From Deltaproteobacteria bacterium (lineage in GTDB: Bacteria > Bdellovibrionota_B > Oligoflexia > Oligoflexales > Bog-1112): a stretch of 64,000 bases of DNA. The translations under genes were made by a program, and so were the position numbers. The notes under the pieces are model-generated. The model saw nothing but the letters and a program-made list of their open reading frames with translations, searched no databases and was not told where the DNA came from. Location of the stretch: the NCBI GenBank assembly GCA_016186945.1, contig JACPKR010000004.1, forward strand, positions 4,246 through 68,245, given 5' to 3'. Shown piece after piece: positions 17,207 to 30,730 of this stretch (its first letter is position 1; every line of letters begins with the position of its first letter).

Positions 17207-17899
17207 ATGGCTAGAGGAAAAAAATATAGAAAAGTTCTGGAGAAAGTCGATAGTGGCAAAAACTATCCTCTCCAGGAAGCTATCGCTCTTGTAAAGGAAA
17301 TGTCCTACAGTAAGTTCGTCGGAGCCGTCGATCTTGCCGTGAATCTGGGTGTTGACCCCCGACACGCTGAACAGAACGTCCGAGGAGCAGTCGCGCTTCC
17401 TCACGGCCGCGGCAAGGTCGTAAGGATCGTTGTTTTCGCAAAAGGACAAAAAGCGATCGAAGCGAATGATTACGGAGTTGAGCAAGTCGGCGGTGAAGAC
17501 TTAGCGCAGAAGATCCAGGACGGCTGGCTTGACTTCGACCAGGTTGTTGCTACCCCCGATATGATGGGTGTTGTCGGTAAATTGGGGAAAGTGCTAGGAC
17601 CTCGCGGTCTCATGCCCAACCCGAAGATGGGTACCGTTACATTTGAGTTAAAACAGGCTATTCAAGAACTTAAAGCCGGGCGGGCCGAATTCAAAGTCGA
17701 TAAGGCGGGAATTGTTCACACGGCTGTCGGTAGGGTCGATATGGATTCCGAAAAATTAAAGGAAAACGTCGATGCTGTGATCGAAGCCTTGGTCAAGGCA
17801 AAACCCTCTACGGCAAAGGGAACCTACCTGAAAAAGGTCTCTCTTTCAGCGACCATGAGTCCGGGGGTCAAAGTCGATACAACACCTTATCGAACGTAA
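17207..17899 (+). CDS. rplA: 50S ribosomal protein L1
   Basis: [15 protein letters not shown]... [24 protein letters not shown] is typical of L1, and the operon position fits. Confidence 0.97.
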   Translation: MARGKKYRKVLEKVDSGKNYPLQEAIALVKEMSYSKFVGAVDLAVNLGVDPRHAEQNVRGAVALPHGRGKVVRIVVFAKGQKAIEANDYGVEQVGGEDLAQKIQDGWLDFDQVVATPDMMGVVGKLGKVLGPRGLMPNPKMGTVTFELKQAIQELKAGRAEFKVDKAGIVHTAVGRVDMDSEKLKENVDAVIEALVKAKPSTAKGTYLKKVSLSATMSPGVKVDTTPYRT

Positions 17900-17917
17900 A
17901 GGAAAAAGGAGTCGCCC

Positions 17918-18451
17918 ATGGCAAAGATGAGATCAGCAAAAGTAGAGCTTGGTAAGGAAATCGCAGAGCGATTCAAACAGTCTAAAGCCTCTATCATTGC
18001 GGAATATCGCGGGATGAAAGCCGAGGAATTGAGAGATCTGCGCGTCGATCTGCGCGCAGTAGGTTGCGAATTTCAGGTTGTAAAGAACCGTATCGCTCGC
18101 AAAGCTATTATGGAATCTGTGCCCGAACTTGCGGAACTCGCTCCACAACTCAAAGGCCCTCTCGGTGTCGTCTATTTGAAGAAAGACGTCGGAGAAGGTA
18201 CGAAGACTGTTATTAAATTTACAAAAGAGAAGTCAGAACTTTTTAAAATAACCGGCGGGGTGATAGATGGCCGTTTGGTGTCGACTGACGATATCGACGC
18301 TATAGCCACGTTGCCAAGTCGGGAAGTTCTGCTCGCTAGGATGCTCGGAAGCCTTATTGCTCCTCATCGCCGCTTGATGGGTGTTGTGAATGGGGTTGCT
18401 GGCAATCTGGTAAGGACAATAGCAGCGATTAGGGATAAGAAATCTCAATAG
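17918..18451 (+). CDS. rplJ: 50S ribosomal protein L10
   Basis: A 177-aa ORF between rplA and rplL with an L10-like N-terminus (..SIIAEYRGMKAEELRDLRVDLR). Confidence 0.95.
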   Translation: MAKMRSAKVELGKEIAERFKQSKASIIAEYRGMKAEELRDLRVDLRAVGCEFQVVKNRIARKAIMESVPELAELAPQLKGPLGVVYLKKDVGEGTKTVIKFTKEKSELFKITGGVIDGRLVSTDDIDAIATLPSREVLLARMLGSLIAPHRRLMGVVNGVAGNLVRTIAAIRDKKSQ

Positions 18452-18512
18452 AATCAAAATATCGGCATGACGGATCTTCCGGCTGACGATTGGTGAAACA
18501 TTGGAGGAAAAG

Positions 18513-18896
18513 ATGGCAACTGTTACTAAAGAGCAAGTTATTGAGTTCCTGGAACGCCTGACCCTGTTGGAAGCGGCGGAACTGGTAAAGGACTTGGAAG
18601 GCAAATTCGGCGTAAGCGCAGCGGCCCCGGTCGTTGTCGGTGCCGTTGGTGGAGGAGCCGCAGGTGGAGCCCCCGCTGTTGAGAAGACTGAATTCACGGT
18701 CGTTCTTAAAGCCTTCGGTGACAAGAAGATTAATGTTATAAAGGAAGTTAGAGGCTTGACAGGACTCGGACTGAAAGAAGCAAAAGACTTGGTCGAAGGC
18801 GCTCCCAAGGAACTGAAACACGGCCTAAGCAAAGAAGAAGCAGAGAAAATGAAAGCAGTTCTCGAAAAAGAAGGCGCGACCGTCGAAATTAAGTAA
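18513..18896 (+). CDS. rplL: 50S ribosomal protein L7/L12
   Basis: ATG 18513 follows [20 protein letters not shown].., an Ala/Gly hinge, and [31 protein letters not shown]. Confidence 0.97.
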   Translation: MATVTKEQVIEFLERLTLLEAAELVKDLEGKFGVSAAAPVVVGAVGGGAAGGAPAVEKTEFTVVLKAFGDKKINVIKEVRGLTGLGLKEAKDLVEGAPKELKHGLSKEEAEKMKAVLEKEGATVEIK

Positions 18897-18945
18897 ATTC
18901 GGGTGCTTTGTTATAAAATCTATTCACAAACCTTAAAGAATCCAG

Positions 18946-18985
18946 AAAACCTGTGAGCAAGGGCGCACAGGTTTTGTGTATCTTT
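18946..18985 (+). terminator. rplL-rpoB intergenic hairpin (attenuator/partial terminator candidate)
   Basis: A perfect 10-bp stem aaaacctgtg (18946-18955) / cacaggtttt (18966-18975) with a 10-nt loop, followed by gtgtatcttt. This is the same location as the classical rplL-rpoB attenuator. Confidence 0.5.
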
Positions 18986-18998
18986 GTGACGGGAGCGT

Positions 18999-21900
18999 AT
19001 GATGACCTCGTTGGCCGCGACTTTTGCGAGACCCAGGAAGAATTATCAGAAAATCAACCCTTCCATCAAGCATCCTTATTTGATCGAAATCCAGCAGATG
19101 AGTTACGAAAAGTTTCTCCAGCGGGATATAGATCCTAATAAGCGAGAAATGGTTGGTCTGCAAGCGGTCTTCCACTCCGTTTTTCCCGTCAAGGATTTTG
19201 CGGATACCGCATCGGTGGAATTTGTAAGCTACTCTTTCGAAGAGCCAAAGTATGCCGTTGGAGAATGCCGCCAGAGAGGGATGAGCTACGCTGCGCCCCT
19301 TAAAGTTGTTGTGCGACTGGTCCTTTGGGATGTGGATAAAGAATCGAACGTCAGGACGATTCGAGATGTCAAGGAGCAGGAAGTTTACTTCGGTGAACTT
19401 CCCCTTATGACGGAGAATGGAACGTTCATCATCAATGGTACCGAGCGCGTGGTCGTATCTCAGTTGCATCGGTCAGCTGGTGTTTTTTTCGATCACGACA
19501 AGGGAAAAAATTCCTCTGTAGGTAAAATCCTCTATACGTCACGTGTCATCCCTTACAGGGGCAGTTGGTTGGATTTTGAGTTTGATCTCAAAGACATTCT
19601 CTATGTCCGTATCGACCGTCGTCGCAAAATGCACGCGACAATCCTTCTAAAAGCGCTGGGCTTTTCTGAGGAAGAGCTGCTGAATCAGTTTTATAGAAAA
19701 GAACATATTACCGTAGAAAAGGGGAAGTTCCGAGTCCAGCTGGAATATAAACTTCTCAGGGGTCAAAGAGCGACGCAAGACATTGTGGATCCTAAGACCG
19801 GAAAAGTCTTCGTCAAGAAAAACCGACGTATCACGGTCGGAGCGGTGCGACAAATGGAATCCTCTGGGTTGAAACATCAACACATCGAAGATGAGTACCT
19901 TCTGGGGAAAGTTATCGCCCAGGATGTTCTCGATAAGGATGGTAATGTTCTCGTCGCCCTCAACACGGAGATTTCACAAGATGAGCTAGACGTCCTCGTT
20001 AAGAATGGCATCAAGGCCTTCGACATACTCTTCATCGACGGAATTAACGTCGAAAGCACTTTCCGAGACACCTTGCTCAGCGATCGAGTTCAAAGCAAGG
20101 AAGAAGCTTTACTTGAAATTTATCGTCGTCTTCGTCCTGGCGACCCTCCTTCCGTCGAGTCTGCAGAGGCTTTGCTTAACAACTTGTTTTTCAATGCTGA
20201 TCGTTACGACCTGAGCGCGGTTGGTCGCTTGAAGCTTAATGAGCGGCTGGGCCTGGAACTACCCATTGAGCACCGCACCCTGACGAAGGAAGATATTCTC
20301 AAGACAATCGATTATCTTTTGAAGCTCAAGACGGGCCAAGGTGATATAGACGACATTGATCACTTGGGCAACCGACGTGTGCGAGCTGTGGGCGAGTTAT
20401 TGGAAAACCAATACCGGATAGGTTTGCTGCGCATCGAGCGGGCCATAAGGGAGCGTTTGCAGATTCAAGATATTGAAACGTTGCTTCCCCATGATTTGAT
20501 AAACAACAAGCCAGCTTCAGCAGTGGTCAAGGAATTTTTCGGAAGTTCTCAGTTAAGCCAATTCATGGATCAGACAAACCCGCTTTCGGAAGTGACCCAC
20601 AAACGTCGTTTGTCGGCTCTTGGACCGGGAGGTTTGAGTCGTGAACGCGCAGGTTTTGAGGTCCGCGACGTCCATGCCACTCATTACGGACGTATTTGCC
20701 CCGTCGAAACACCTGAGGGTCCAAATATCGGTCTTATCTCCTCTCTGGCGTCCTATGCCCGTGTAAACGAGTACGGATTCATCGAAACTCCGTACAAAGT
20801 CATTCGCACGGAAGACGGCGATCCAAAAGATATTGGTAAGGTCAAATACCTCAGTGCATCGGAAGAACACAAGGATCACGTCATTTCCCAAGCGAGTGAG
20901 TCGGAAAGACTTGTTGAAGGCGAATATGTCAGTGCTCGTCGACGCGGCGAGCCTGAGATTGTCCCTGGTGAAGAAGTTGACATGAGTGACGTTGCCACAA
21001 CCCAGCTTGTGTCTGTTGCTGCAAACCTGATTCCTTTCCTTCAAAACGATGACGCGAACCGAGCTTTGATGGGTTCCAACATGATGCGGCAGGCTGTGCC
21101 CCTCATCAAGACTAAGGCTCCCCTCGTGGGAACCGAGATGGAGCGCATCGTTGCAAGGGACTCCGGAGCGTCGGTCGTTGTGAAACGAGACGGCGTTGTA
21201 GCTTCCGTGGATGCGGAACGGATTGTCGTAAAAATTGATAGAGAAGAAGAAACCGCACTGACTGAAGTAGGAACTGACGCAGACATTTACGGTCTTAAGA
21301 AATATACACGTTCGAATCTCGATACGTGCATAAATCAAAAGCCTATCGTGAAAGTCGGAGAGCGAGTCAGGAAAGGTGACGTGATAGCTGACGGTTTTGC
21401 AACCGAAATGGGTGAGCTTGCCCTAGGTCAAAACGTAACAGTCGCCTTTATGCCTTGGAACGGCTACAACTTCGAGGACTCTATTCTTATATCTGAGCGA
21501 GTTGTAAAGGAAGACCTTTACACATCTGTCCATATTCAAGAATTCGAGTGTATTTCTCGCGACACGAAGCTTGGTCAGGAAGAGATCACAGGCGATATTC
21601 CCAACGTTGGAGAAGAAGCTCTCGCTGACCTAGATGAGGCCGGAATTATCCGCATTGGTGCGGAAGTGAATCCTGGGGATATACTCGTCGGGAAAATCAC
21701 ACCTAAGGGTGAAACACAACTTTCCCCGGAAGAAAAACTGCTGAGGGCTATTTTCGGTGAAAAGGCAGGAGACGTTCGTGATACCTCCCTTCGCGTCCCA
21801 CCCGGGGTGGAAGGCACGGTGATTGGCTGTAAAGTCTTTTCTCGTGAAGGTGCGGAAAGAGATCTGCGAAGCAAACAGATAGAGGAAAGCGAAGCTGCCA

Positions 21901-23159
21901 AGTTACGCAAGGACGAACGTGACACGATCAACATCATTAAAGATTCAGCCTTACGAAAAATCCTAAAGATCTCTGAGAAATCAAAACTCGGCAGGGATAT
22001 CAAAGATAAAGACGGCCAGATCCTCCTGGTGAAGGGTGATGATCTTACAGAAGAGCGACTTGTGGCTTTGGACTACGTTAGCTGGTACGATCTGACGCTT
22101 TCCAGTGCGGAAAAAAACAAGCTGCTTTCCAAAGTCCTTGTCAACCTTAAGGAAAAAATAAACCAGATCAAAGGCATGACAGACTTGCAGCTTAAGAAGT
22201 TGAGTAAGGGGGATGAACTTCCTCCGGGCGTTATAAAGATGGTCAAAGTTTACGTGGCCATCAAAAGAAAGCTTCGAGTCGGTGACAAGATGGCGGGTCG
22301 TCACGGTAATAAAGGTGTGATCTCGCGGATTCTAGCCGAGCAGGATATGCCTTTCACGGCAGACGGGCATCCCGTGGACCTCGTATTGAACCCTCTCGGT
22401 GTACCATCTCGTATGAACGTAGGTCAGATTTTAGAAACTCACTTGGGCTGGGCAGCGCGCCACCTTGGTGTCAAGTTGAATCAGATCATGGAAGAAGCTT
22501 TCAATCGCAAAGAGTTAGAAAAGCTTATCATGCAAGTCTGGGAAGGAGATCATGTAAAGGGTGAAATCGAGGCGTTCGTCAAAGGATGCAGCGATGACGA
22601 ACTCAGGGAATTCATCGCGAAATATCAGGACGGAATTTTTATCTCCAACCCCGTCTTCGATGGCGCGAATGAAGAAGAGATTGAAAAAGCACTGGAACTT
22701 GCAGGTGTCGAAAAGATCGGACAGACGGAGCTTTACGACGGACTTTCCGGCGAGAAATTCCACAATAAGGTAACCGTCGGAGTGATGTACATGATGAAGC
22801 TTCATCACTTGGTTGATGAAAAGATTCACGCTCGTTCGATAGGTCCTTACTCCCTCGTGACACAGCAACCTTTGGGCGGTAAGGCGCAGTTTGGTGGTCA
22901 GCGGCTGGGAGAGATGGAAGTTTGGGCGATGGAGGCTTACGGTGCTGCCTTTACCCTCCAGGAGATGTTGACCGTGAAATCCGACGACGTGCAGGGACGT
23001 ACACGCATGTATGAGTCTATAGTCAAAGGCTCGAACATTGCGACACCTGGATTGCCAGAAAGCTTTAACGTACTGATCAAGGAACTGCAGAGCTTGGCTC
23101 TCGATATTAATTTGCTAAAAGATGACGGACAGGTCTTTGTTCCGCAGAATGTTCATTAA
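18999..23159 (+). CDS. rpoB: DNA-directed RNA polymerase subunit beta
   Basis: A 1386-aa ORF with the conserved blocks [39 protein letters not shown] and [12 protein letters not shown]. Confidence 0.99.
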   Translation: MMTSLAATFARPRKNYQKINPSIKHPYLIEIQQMSYEKFLQRDIDPNKREMVGLQAVFHSVFPVKDFADTASVEFVSYSFEEPKYAVGECRQRGMSYAAPLKVVVRLVLWDVDKESNVRTIRDVKEQEVYFGELPLMTENGTFIINGTERVVVSQLHRSAGVFFDHDKGKNSSVGKILYTSRVIPYRGSWLDFEFDLKDILYVRIDRRRKMHATILLKALGFSEEELLNQFYRKEHITVEKGKFRVQLEYKLLRGQRATQDIVDPKTGKVFVKKNRRITVGAVRQMESSGLKHQHIEDEYLLGKVIAQDVLDKDGNVLVALNTEISQDELDVLVKNGIKAFDILFIDGINVESTFRDTLLSDRVQSKEEALLEIYRRLRPGDPPSVESAEALLNNLFFNADRYDLSAVGRLKLNERLGLELPIEHRTLTKEDILKTIDYLLKLKTGQGDIDDIDHLGNRRVRAVGELLENQYRIGLLRIERAIRERLQIQDIETLLPHDLINNKPASAVVKEFFGSSQLSQFMDQTNPLSEVTHKRRLSALGPGGLSRERAGFEVRDVHATHYGRICPVETPEGPNIGLISSLASYARVNEYGFIETPYKVIRTEDGDPKDIGKVKYLSASEEHKDHVISQASESERLVEGEYVSARRRGEPEIVPGEEVDMSDVATTQLVSVAANLIPFLQNDDANRALMGSNMMRQAVPLIKTKAPLVGTEMERIVARDSGASVVVKRDGVVASVDAERIVVKIDREEETALTEVGTDADIYGLKKYTRSNLDTCINQKPIVKVGERVRKGDVIADGFATEMGELALGQNVTVAFMPWNGYNFEDSILISERVVKEDLYTSVHIQEFECISRDTKLGQEEITGDIPNVGEEALADLDEAGIIRIGAEVNPGDILVGKITPKGETQLSPEEKLLRAIFGEKAGDVRDTSLRVPPGVEGTVIGCKVFSREGAERDLRSKQIEESEAAKLRKDERDTINIIKDSALRKILKISEKSKLGRDIKDKDGQILLVKGDDLTEERLVALDYVSWYDLTLSSAEKNKLLSKVLVNLKEKINQIKGMTDLQLKKLSKGDELPPGVIKMVKVYVAIKRKLRVGDKMAGRHGNKGVISRILAEQDMPFTADGHPVDLVLNPLGVPSRMNVGQILETHLGWAARHLGVKLNQIMEEAFNRKELEKLIMQVWEGDHVKGEIEAFVKGCSDDELREFIAKYQDGIFISNPVFDGANEEEIEKALELAGVEKIGQTELYDGLSGEKFHNKVTVGVMYMMKLHHLVDEKIHARSIGPYSLVTQQPLGGKAQFGGQRLGEMEVWAMEAYGAAFTLQEMLTVKSDDVQGRTRMYESIVKGSNIATPGLPESFNVLIKELQSLALDINLLKDDGQVFVPQNVH

Positions 23160-23179
23160 ATCCTTTCGAGGAGAACGGT

Positions 23180-26100
23180 TTGAACGACTTATTAAATTTT
23201 TTCGAAAAACCAACAGACACTTTGAATTTCAGTGCCGTACGCATTTCTCTCGCTTCTCCGGAAAAGATTCGTAGCTGGTCTTACGGGGAAGTAAAGAAGC
23301 CGGAGACCATCAATTACCGAACGTTCAAACCTGAGCGAGACGGTCTCTTCTGCGCAAAAATCTTCGGTCCTGTAAGGGACTACGAATGTATCTGCGGCAA
23401 GTACAAGCGTATGAAGCACCGCGGTATCGTGTGCGACAAATGCGGGGTGGAAGTCATCCACTCTCGTGTTCGTCGTGAGCGGCTGGGGCACATCAACTTG
23501 GCTGCGCCCGTTGCGCATATTTGGTTTTTGAAGTCGCTGCCCTCTCGTATTGGGACCATCCTCGACATTTCTTTGAAAGATGTGGAGCGAATTCTTTATA
23601 GCGAATCGTTCGTAGTCCTCGATCCAGGGGACACTGCGGTAACCAATCTCGAAAAAGGGACGGTTCTGAGCGAGGAAGAATACGACGAAACCGTCGCCAA
23701 ACTCGGTAACGGAGCGTTCCGTGTGGGAGGTGGAGCGGAAGCGGTGCTAGAATTGCTGCAGGGCATTGATATTGACGCCCAGCTTGAGGAATTAAAGCAG
23801 CAATTCAACGAAGCCACGTCTGAAGCAGTGCGTAAGAAACTGCAAAAGCGGATTAAAGTTATCGAATCGTTCAACGTTCGTGACGAGAGTGGCCACTTCA
23901 TGGCCAAGCCAGAGTGGATGATGTTAAATGTGATTCCTGTGTTACCACCTGACTTACGTCCTCTTGTTCCTCTGGACGGTGGCCGTTTTGCGACGTCGGA
24001 TCTGAACGACCTCTATCGTCGGGTGATCAATCGTAACAACCGTCTGTTACGGCTCATTGAGTTGAACGCTCCTGACATCATCGTGCGCAATGAAAAAAGG
24101 ATGCTCCAGGAATCCGTCGATGCCTTGTTTGACAACGGACGTCGGGGGAAAGTTTTCACGGGACCCAATAAACGTCCCCTGCGCTCACTTTCCGACTTCC
24201 TTAAGGGAAAGCAAGGACGCTTCCGTCAAAACTTGCTCGGTAAGCGGGTTGACTATTCCGGACGTTCCGTCATTGTTGTCGGGCCCGACCTGAAATTGCA
24301 TCAAGCTGGTCTGCCTAAGAAGATGGCGATCGAGCTTTTCAAACCCTTTCTTTATTGCAAATTGGAAGAGCACGGAGTTGTTTCAACAATCAAGAGCGCG
24401 AAGAAGCTTGTAGAAAAAGAACATCCAGAAGTCTGGGACGTTCTGGAAGAGGTAACAAAGGAACATCCTATACTTCTTAACCGCGCTCCGACCTTGCACC
24501 GGCTTGGTATCCAAGCATTCGAGCCTGTCTTGATTGAAGGCAAAGCCATTCGCCTGCACCCGCTAGTATGTTTCGCTTTTAACGCAGACTTTGACGGTGA
24601 CCAGATGGCTGTTCACCTCCCGCTTTCCATCGAGGCACAGATGGAAGCCCGGGTCTTGATGATGTCGACGAACAACATTCTCAGCCCGGCTTCAGGTTCT
24701 CCAGTTGTCGTACCGTCTCAGGATATCGTTCTTGGGGTCTACTACCTTACAAAGGAAAACCTGGTGGAATTGGGAGCAGGCCATGTGTTCTCGTGCCTGG
24801 AAGAAGCTCGTTCAGCGTATGACCACGGTGAAGTAGGCTTGCAGGCACCCGTGCAGGTACGGTTGAAAGGCAGGCTCGTCAAGACAACTGTCGGTCGCGC
24901 TTTGCTCTCTGACATTATCCCGGAGGAACTCCCCTTCGAGTCTTACAACAAAGTGATCGGGAAAAAGGAGTTAGCTGATCTCGTCGATACGTGTTTCCGT
25001 GTATGCGGTCCCAAGAAGACCGTATTGATGGCAGACGCATTACGAACGATGGGCTACACCTTTTCGACAAAAGCAGGTCTTTCGATCGCTATCGGAGATA
25101 TGATTATTCCAGGAGAAAAGAAGAAGCTTCTCCACGAGGCAGAAGAAGAAGTTAAGAAGATCAAGGAACAGTATTCCGAAGGGCTTTTAACCGAGGGTGA
25201 GCGTTATAACAAAGTTGTTGATATCTGGGCGAACGTGACGGAACGGATTGCCGAGTCAATGTTCAGCAACATTGCCGAAGAGGAAGTTATAGATAAGGAA
25301 GGGAAGACTCGTAGGGTTCCTTCCAGCAACAGTATTTTCATGATGGCTGATTCCGGAGCCAGGGGTTCTGCCCAACAAATTCGCCAGCTGGCGGGGATGC
25401 GGGGTCTGATGTCGAAGCCGTCAGGTGAGATTATCGAAACTCCGATTACCGCGAATTTCCGAGAAGGATTGACGGTACTTCAGTACTTCACTTCGACTCA
25501 CGGTGCGCGCAAAGGTTTGGCTGACACGGCATTGAAGACTGCCAGTTCTGGATACCTCACTCGTCGTCTGGTAGACGTTTCTCAGGATGCCATTATTACG
25601 GAAGACGATTGCGGAGTTAGCAAAGGAGTGAAGGTTACCCATGTGCGAGAAGGTGCCGAGGTAAGGCTTAACCTGGCTGAGCGCGTCCTGGGACGAACAG
25701 TAGTAAGTAGTGACATTAAAAATCCAGTTTCCGGAGCAGTGATTGCAAAAGTCGGGAAAATTCTCGACGAGGCGGATTGCGACAAGATACAGGAAGCAGG
25801 GATTGAAGAAATTGAGGTGCGCAACCTCCTCATCTGCCAATCTAAGCGAGGAGTTTGTGCGCTTTGCTACGGACGCGACCTATCTTCTGGTCATAGGGTG
25901 GATATTGGTGAAGCCGTCGGTGTGATAGCTGCCCAATCTATCGGTGAGCCTGGAACACAGCTCACGATGCGTACCTTCCACTTTGGTGGTACGGCGACAC
26001 ACAAAGTTGAGACCAGCACTTTGGAAAGCCGTTTTTCAGGTTCGATTCGGTTCAAAAATATTCGCTGCATCCGAAGCAGGGAAAATAAGCTCGTTGTGCT

Positions 26101-27358
26101 GTCTCGAAATGGTGAAGTGCAAGTCATAGATGACAGCGGTCGCGTGCGCGATAGTTACCCGATTGTTTATGGTGCGAGTCTTATCGTGAAGGATGAAGAC
26201 AAAATCGCAGCAGGTGATCGAATCGGTGAATGGGATCCCTTCGCTGTTCCTATCGTTTCCGAAGCGAGAGGAAAGATCAGATATAAGGAACTTGTCGAAG
26301 GTAGGTCGTTGGAGGAGAAAATTGATGACGTCACCTTCCTCATTCGTAAGGTTGTCATCGAGTCCAAAGGGGAGACCTTTAAACCCGCTATCGAAATTGT
26401 TGATAACAAGGGAGCGATCGTTCTTTCAGAAAGCGGGAAAAGTTCCTATTCGTTACCGATCGGTTGTATTGTTAACGTGGATGAAGGTTTGGAAGTGCAG
26501 CCGGGGGATATTCTTGCAAAGATTCCTCGTGAAGCAACCAGGACAAAAGATATCACCGGTGGTCTTCCTCGTGTAGCTGAGCTTTTCGAGGCGAGAAAGC
26601 CGAAAGAAGCCTCAGTAATGGCAGATAGCGATGGGACGATTACCTACGGAGAAGATACGAAAGGAAAACGTAAACTCGTCATTACGGACAATAAGGGGGC
26701 GAGCACAGAGTACTTGATTCCTAAAGGCCGTCACATCCTAGTGAGTGAAGGTGACTATGTCCGCAAGGGCGAGGCGTTAGTGGATGGGCAGTCTAATCCG
26801 CATGACATTTTGCGCATTATGGGTGTGGAAGCATTGACGGATTTCTTCGTAAATGAAATCCAAAGTGTCTACCGACTACAGGGCGTGAAGATCAACGATA
26901 AGCACATCGAGGTCATCATCAGGCAGATGCTGAGACGTGTCATGATCCTCGAAACCGGGGACTCGCGTTACCTTCCCCAGGAGACCGTTTCCAAGAACGA
27001 ACTCATGGAGGAAAACGCCAGGCTTGAGAAGGAAGGCCTGAAGCCAGCCGTATGGGAACACGTCCTACTGGGGATAACAAAAGCCTCTCTTACGACGGAA
27101 AGCTTCATTTCTGCGGCTTCCTTCCAGGAGACAACCAAGGTGCTGACACAGGCTTCCATCTCAAGCAAGATGGATAATCTGAGAGGACTCAAAGAAAACG
27201 TAATCATGGGTCGCCTCATTCCCGCAGGAACAGGCAGTGAGCATTACAAAAACCTTACAGCCAAGGAAAGCGGTGAGATTGAGGAAGAAGAAGAGACTAG
27301 CGCCATAAGTGAGACTCATGAAGAGGTGGCTGAAAGTGCAACGACGAGCGGAATGTAG
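23180..27358 (+). CDS. rpoC: DNA-directed RNA polymerase subunit beta'
   Basis: A 1392-aa ORF with a TTG start. It has the zinc-finger [23 protein letters not shown], the catalytic [12 protein letters not shown] and the trigger-loop region. Confidence 0.99.
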   Translation: MNDLLNFFEKPTDTLNFSAVRISLASPEKIRSWSYGEVKKPETINYRTFKPERDGLFCAKIFGPVRDYECICGKYKRMKHRGIVCDKCGVEVIHSRVRRERLGHINLAAPVAHIWFLKSLPSRIGTILDISLKDVERILYSESFVVLDPGDTAVTNLEKGTVLSEEEYDETVAKLGNGAFRVGGGAEAVLELLQGIDIDAQLEELKQQFNEATSEAVRKKLQKRIKVIESFNVRDESGHFMAKPEWMMLNVIPVLPPDLRPLVPLDGGRFATSDLNDLYRRVINRNNRLLRLIELNAPDIIVRNEKRMLQESVDALFDNGRRGKVFTGPNKRPLRSLSDFLKGKQGRFRQNLLGKRVDYSGRSVIVVGPDLKLHQAGLPKKMAIELFKPFLYCKLEEHGVVSTIKSAKKLVEKEHPEVWDVLEEVTKEHPILLNRAPTLHRLGIQAFEPVLIEGKAIRLHPLVCFAFNADFDGDQMAVHLPLSIEAQMEARVLMMSTNNILSPASGSPVVVPSQDIVLGVYYLTKENLVELGAGHVFSCLEEARSAYDHGEVGLQAPVQVRLKGRLVKTTVGRALLSDIIPEELPFESYNKVIGKKELADLVDTCFRVCGPKKTVLMADALRTMGYTFSTKAGLSIAIGDMIIPGEKKKLLHEAEEEVKKIKEQYSEGLLTEGERYNKVVDIWANVTERIAESMFSNIAEEEVIDKEGKTRRVPSSNSIFMMADSGARGSAQQIRQLAGMRGLMSKPSGEIIETPITANFREGLTVLQYFTSTHGARKGLADTALKTASSGYLTRRLVDVSQDAIITEDDCGVSKGVKVTHVREGAEVRLNLAERVLGRTVVSSDIKNPVSGAVIAKVGKILDEADCDKIQEAGIEEIEVRNLLICQSKRGVCALCYGRDLSSGHRVDIGEAVGVIAAQSIGEPGTQLTMRTFHFGGTATHKVETSTLESRFSGSIRFKNIRCIRSRENKLVVLSRNGEVQVIDDSGRVRDSYPIVYGASLIVKDEDKIAAGDRIGEWDPFAVPIVSEARGKIRYKELVEGRSLEEKIDDVTFLIRKVVIESKGETFKPAIEIVDNKGAIVLSESGKSSYSLPIGCIVNVDEGLEVQPGDILAKIPREATRTKDITGGLPRVAELFEARKPKEASVMADSDGTITYGEDTKGKRKLVITDNKGASTEYLIPKGRHILVSEGDYVRKGEALVDGQSNPHDILRIMGVEALTDFFVNEIQSVYRLQGVKINDKHIEVIIRQMLRRVMILETGDSRYLPQETVSKNELMEENARLEKEGLKPAVWEHVLLGITKASLTTESFISAASFQETTKVLTQASISSKMDNLRGLKENVIMGRLIPAGTGSEHYKNLTAKESGEIEEEEETSAISETHEEVAESATTSGM

Positions 27359-27430
27359 TTTTCCGTTGCTATAATTCGGTCGCTCTGATAGATAGGCCAG
27401 CGGCAATAAAAGAAAAAATAGAGGAAATCA

Positions 27431-27805
27431 ATGCCAACGATCAACCAGTTGATTAAAAGAGGACGTAGAGACCAAGGAGCAAAATCCAAAGGTCCAGCCT
27501 TACAACGCTGTCCGCAGAAACGCGGTGTTTGCCTGAGAGTTTATACAACTACACCAAAAAAACCTAACTCGGCCCTTCGTAAAGTCGCTAGGGTGCGTTT
27601 AACAAACGGTATGGAAGTGACCTCTTATATCGGTGGAGAAGGGCATAACCTACAAGAACACAGTGTTGTTGTTGTGCGTGGGGGGAAGGTGAAAGACCTC
27701 CCCGGTGTTCGCTATCACATTGTACGAGGCTCCCTCGACACGCAGGGGGTTAACAATCGAAAACAGAGTCGTAGCAAGTACGGCACCAAGAAACCAAAAA
27801 GTTAA
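27431..27805 (+). CDS. rpsL: 30S ribosomal protein S12
   Basis: [13 protein letters not shown]...[20 protein letters not shown] is canonical S12. Confidence 0.98.
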   Translation: MPTINQLIKRGRRDQGAKSKGPALQRCPQKRGVCLRVYTTTPKKPNSALRKVARVRLTNGMEVTSYIGGEGHNLQEHSVVVVRGGKVKDLPGVRYHIVRGSLDTQGVNNRKQSRSKYGTKKPKS

Positions 27806-27821
27806 GTGGAGTTAAGCAGAT

Positions 27822-28310
27822 ATGGCACGTCGAAGAAGAGCTGTTAAGCGAGTCATCCTTCCCGATCCAGTTTATGGAGAAGAGATCGTTACAAAGTTTA
27901 TGGGTAGCATGATGATTGATGGCAAGCGTTCTTGCGCAGAGAAGATATTCTATGGCGCCATGGAGATCATCAAAGAAAAGGGAATGAAAACGTTTCAAGG
28001 CTGTGCCAGCGAACTGGAAGTTTTCAAACTCGCTATTGATAATGCGAAACCCCTGCTCGAAGTGAAATCACGACGCGTGGGCGGTTCCAACTATCAGGTA
28101 CCTGTAGAAGTAAGGCCAGAACGTCGCCAGGCCCTCGCTTTCCGTTGGATTATCGAATTTGCACGGAAACGACAGGGAAACAGTATGACAAGCAAACTTG
28201 CTGGTGAATTTATGGACGCAGCTTTGAAAAAAGGAGCGACCATTAAACGACGTGAAGAAGTTCATAAGATGGCAGATGCGAACAAAGCCTTTGCCCACTA
28301 CCGTTGGTAA
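27822..28310 (+). CDS. rpsG: 30S ribosomal protein S7
   Basis: [19 protein letters not shown]... ends in KAFAHYRW, the canonical S7 ending. Confidence 0.98.
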   Translation: MARRRRAVKRVILPDPVYGEEIVTKFMGSMMIDGKRSCAEKIFYGAMEIIKEKGMKTFQGCASELEVFKLAIDNAKPLLEVKSRRVGGSNYQVPVEVRPERRQALAFRWIIEFARKRQGNSMTSKLAGEFMDAALKKGATIKRREEVHKMADANKAFAHYRW

Positions 28311-28320
28311 TCTGTTAAAG

Positions 28321-28360
28321 AAATCCCGTGCATTCTCTTAGCGAAGCACGGGATTTTTCT
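28321..28360 (+). terminator. Intrinsic-terminator-like hairpin between rpsG and fusA (attenuator candidate)
   Basis: An 11-bp stem aaatcccgtgc (28321-28331) / gcacgggattt (28346-28356) with a 14-nt loop, followed by ttct. Confidence 0.5.
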
Positions 28361-28374
28361 GTTAAGGGCGAGTG

Positions 28375-30432
28375 ATGGCAGACTTAACGCGCGTGCGCAA
28401 TATCGGGATCATGGCCCACATTGATGCAGGGAAGACAACCACTACAGAACGTATCCTCTACTACACGGGAAACATTTATAAGGTCGGAGAGGTTCACGAA
28501 GGGACGGCTACGACCGACTGGATGATTCAGGAACAGGAACGAGGAATTACCATAACCTCGGCTGCCGTGTCGTGCTCCTGGAAAGACCACACCATCAACA
28601 TCATTGACACCCCCGGTCATGTCGATTTCACAATCGAGGTGGAACGTTCCCTGAGAGTTTTGGACGGGGCTGTTGCTGTACTCGACGGAGTACATGGGGT
28701 GGAACCTCAGACAGAAACTGTGTGGCGCCAGGCTGATCGCTACAGGGTTCCTCGGATCTGCTTTGTCAACAAACTTGACCGGGTGGGGGCAAGTTTTGAG
28801 AACTCAGTCGAAACGATTAAGACAAAACTTCTCGCCCATCCCCTGCCTTTGCAAATTCCCATCGGGATCGAGGAAAATTTTCGCGGTGTAATCGACCTCA
28901 TCAATCAAAAAGCTCTCATCTGGCAAGGAGATGAAGAATGGGGCAAACACTACGATGAAGTCGAGATTCCCGAGGATATGAAAGCTCCGGCTCAGGCGGC
29001 ACGCGAAAAAATGATTGAAACGCTAAGCGAGTTCGATGAGTCCTTGATGGAAAAATACCTTGAAGGATCAAGCATCAGTTCAGAGGAAATAGACAAAACA
29101 ATCCGTCGCGTGACACTTTCCATTCGTATAATCCCCGTCTTGTGTGGGAGCGCCTTTCGCAACAAAGGTGTACAGCCTCTCCTTGACGCGATCGTCAAGT
29201 ATCTGCCTGACCCCATGGAGCTGGGAGACGTTATCGGTCTGACTACAGATGACAAGGAGGAAGCTCTAGCAAGGAGACGAAGTCCAGACGAGCCTTTTTC
29301 GGCCCTTGCCTTCAAGATTGTGAGCGACAACTTTGTCGGACTGTTGACATACGTACGCATTTACTCAGGAAAGTTAAAGAGCGGGGAAGTCTTTCTCAAC
29401 GCAAGGACAGGGAAAAAAGATAGGGTTCAAAAAATTTTCAAGATGCAAGCTGCTCAACGCAAGGAACTTAAGGAAGTGATTTGCGGGGATATTGTAGGTA
29501 TTGTCGGGCCGAAAATGCTGGCAACAGGCGACACTCTTTGTGATCCTAAGCACCCCATACGCTATGAGTCGGTCTTGTTCCCCGAACCCGTCATCTTTCA
29601 AGCTATCGAGGCGAAACAGACCTCGGACATGGAACGTCTGGAGAAGTCGCTCAGACGGCTTGAGGTGGAAGATCCTACCTTGCAAATTAAGGAGGATCAG
29701 GAGACTGGCCAGATCCTCATCGGGGGGATGGGAGAACTGCACCTTGAAATCATTGTCGACCGTTTGAAACGGGAATTTCGCGTAGAAGCCAATGTTGGAA
29801 AACCACAGGTTGCGTATAGGGAAGGAATTTCCTTTTCCAGTACGGTGGAAAAAGTATGGGACCGGCACGTCGGTGAACGAAGACAATATGCCAGGATTGA
29901 AATCAAGGTGGAGCCAACAGACGATCAAACCGGACTTGTGTTTGAAAACAAGGTGGCCAATTTGCCAGAACCATACGCGAAGGCGGTTCAAAAAGGTCTT
30001 CGCAATGCCCTGACCGCAGGTCCCATTGCGGGGTTTCCCGTCGTTGGAGTTAAGGCAACCCTTCTCGGTGCGTCGGTAGACAAAGAGTGCTCCGACGAAT
30101 CAGCTTTTGAAATAGTCGCAGGGCTGACGTTGAGAGAGTGCCTTCAGAAAGGACAGCCTAAACTTCTTGAGCCGATGATGTCTCTTGAAGTTCTTGTTCC
30201 CGATGCCTATCTGTCCAACGTTATCACGGATCTCAACGGGCGGAGAGCAAAAATTCAGCAGCTTTCTCAAAAAGGGGAGCTTCAAATTGTCGATGCCTTA
30301 ACTCCTCTTTCTGAGATGTTTGGCTACTCAACTGACTTACGGTCGGTTTCTCAAGGGAGAGCCAACTATTCCATGAAATTTTCTCGTTATAACGAAGTTC
30401 CCGAAGAAGTGATGACAAAGTTCCACTATTGA
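28375..30432 (+). CDS. fusA: Elongation factor G
   Basis: [45 protein letters not shown]. The operon position after rpsG fits. Confidence 0.98.
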   Translation: MADLTRVRNIGIMAHIDAGKTTTTERILYYTGNIYKVGEVHEGTATTDWMIQEQERGITITSAAVSCSWKDHTINIIDTPGHVDFTIEVERSLRVLDGAVAVLDGVHGVEPQTETVWRQADRYRVPRICFVNKLDRVGASFENSVETIKTKLLAHPLPLQIPIGIEENFRGVIDLINQKALIWQGDEEWGKHYDEVEIPEDMKAPAQAAREKMIETLSEFDESLMEKYLEGSSISSEEIDKTIRRVTLSIRIIPVLCGSAFRNKGVQPLLDAIVKYLPDPMELGDVIGLTTDDKEEALARRRSPDEPFSALAFKIVSDNFVGLLTYVRIYSGKLKSGEVFLNARTGKKDRVQKIFKMQAAQRKELKEVICGDIVGIVGPKMLATGDTLCDPKHPIRYESVLFPEPVIFQAIEAKQTSDMERLEKSLRRLEVEDPTLQIKEDQETGQILIGGMGELHLEIIVDRLKREFRVEANVGKPQVAYREGISFSSTVEKVWDRHVGERRQYARIEIKVEPTDDQTGLVFENKVANLPEPYAKAVQKGLRNALTAGPIAGFPVVGVKATLLGASVDKECSDESAFEIVAGLTLRECLQKGQPKLLEPMMSLEVLVPDAYLSNVITDLNGRRAKIQQLSQKGELQIVDALTPLSEMFGYSTDLRSVSQGRANYSMKFSRYNEVPEEVMTKFHY

Positions 30433-30458
30433 TTGTTCTAGATGATGTTTTAGAAAAG

Positions 30459-30535
30459 TGGTGGGCGATAGAGAACTCGAATCTCTGACCTCTACGATGT
30501 CAACGTAGCGCTCTAACCAACTGAGCTAATCGCCC
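30459..30535 (-). tRNA. tRNA-Val (anticodon GAC)
   Basis: The reverse complement gggcgattagctcagttggttagagcgctacgttgacatcgtagaggtcagagattcgagttctctatcgcccacca has the anticodon stem-loop ctacg-ttgacat-cgtag and an encoded CCA. Confidence 0.92.
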
Positions 30536-30554
30536 TTTGTGCCTTAAGCTGTTT

Positions 30555-30730
30555 GTGGCAAGGAGGTGGTTCGGAGGAAACTGGTTCCTCCAACGTAATT
30601 CAAGCAAAGTAAAACATTGGTTCGCTTTGTCAAGTATGGAACTAAAGTCCTGGGGGAGCGACCCTTCGCTTTGCTCAGGGCAGGCTTTTCCCTCGCCCCC
30701 CCAAACCCCCTCTCCCTTTTTGCCCCAAGT
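30555..30730 (-). repeat. Family A repeat copy (M3 with shortened loop - unique centre - M1), 7 nt downstream of the ftsY stop
   Basis: It starts tgtggcaaggaggtggttcGGAGGAAactggTTCCTCCaacg and ends ...ccctcgcccccccaaaccccctctccctttttgccccaagt. The ends match the inverted termini of the 44132-44347 copy. Confidence 0.8.
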
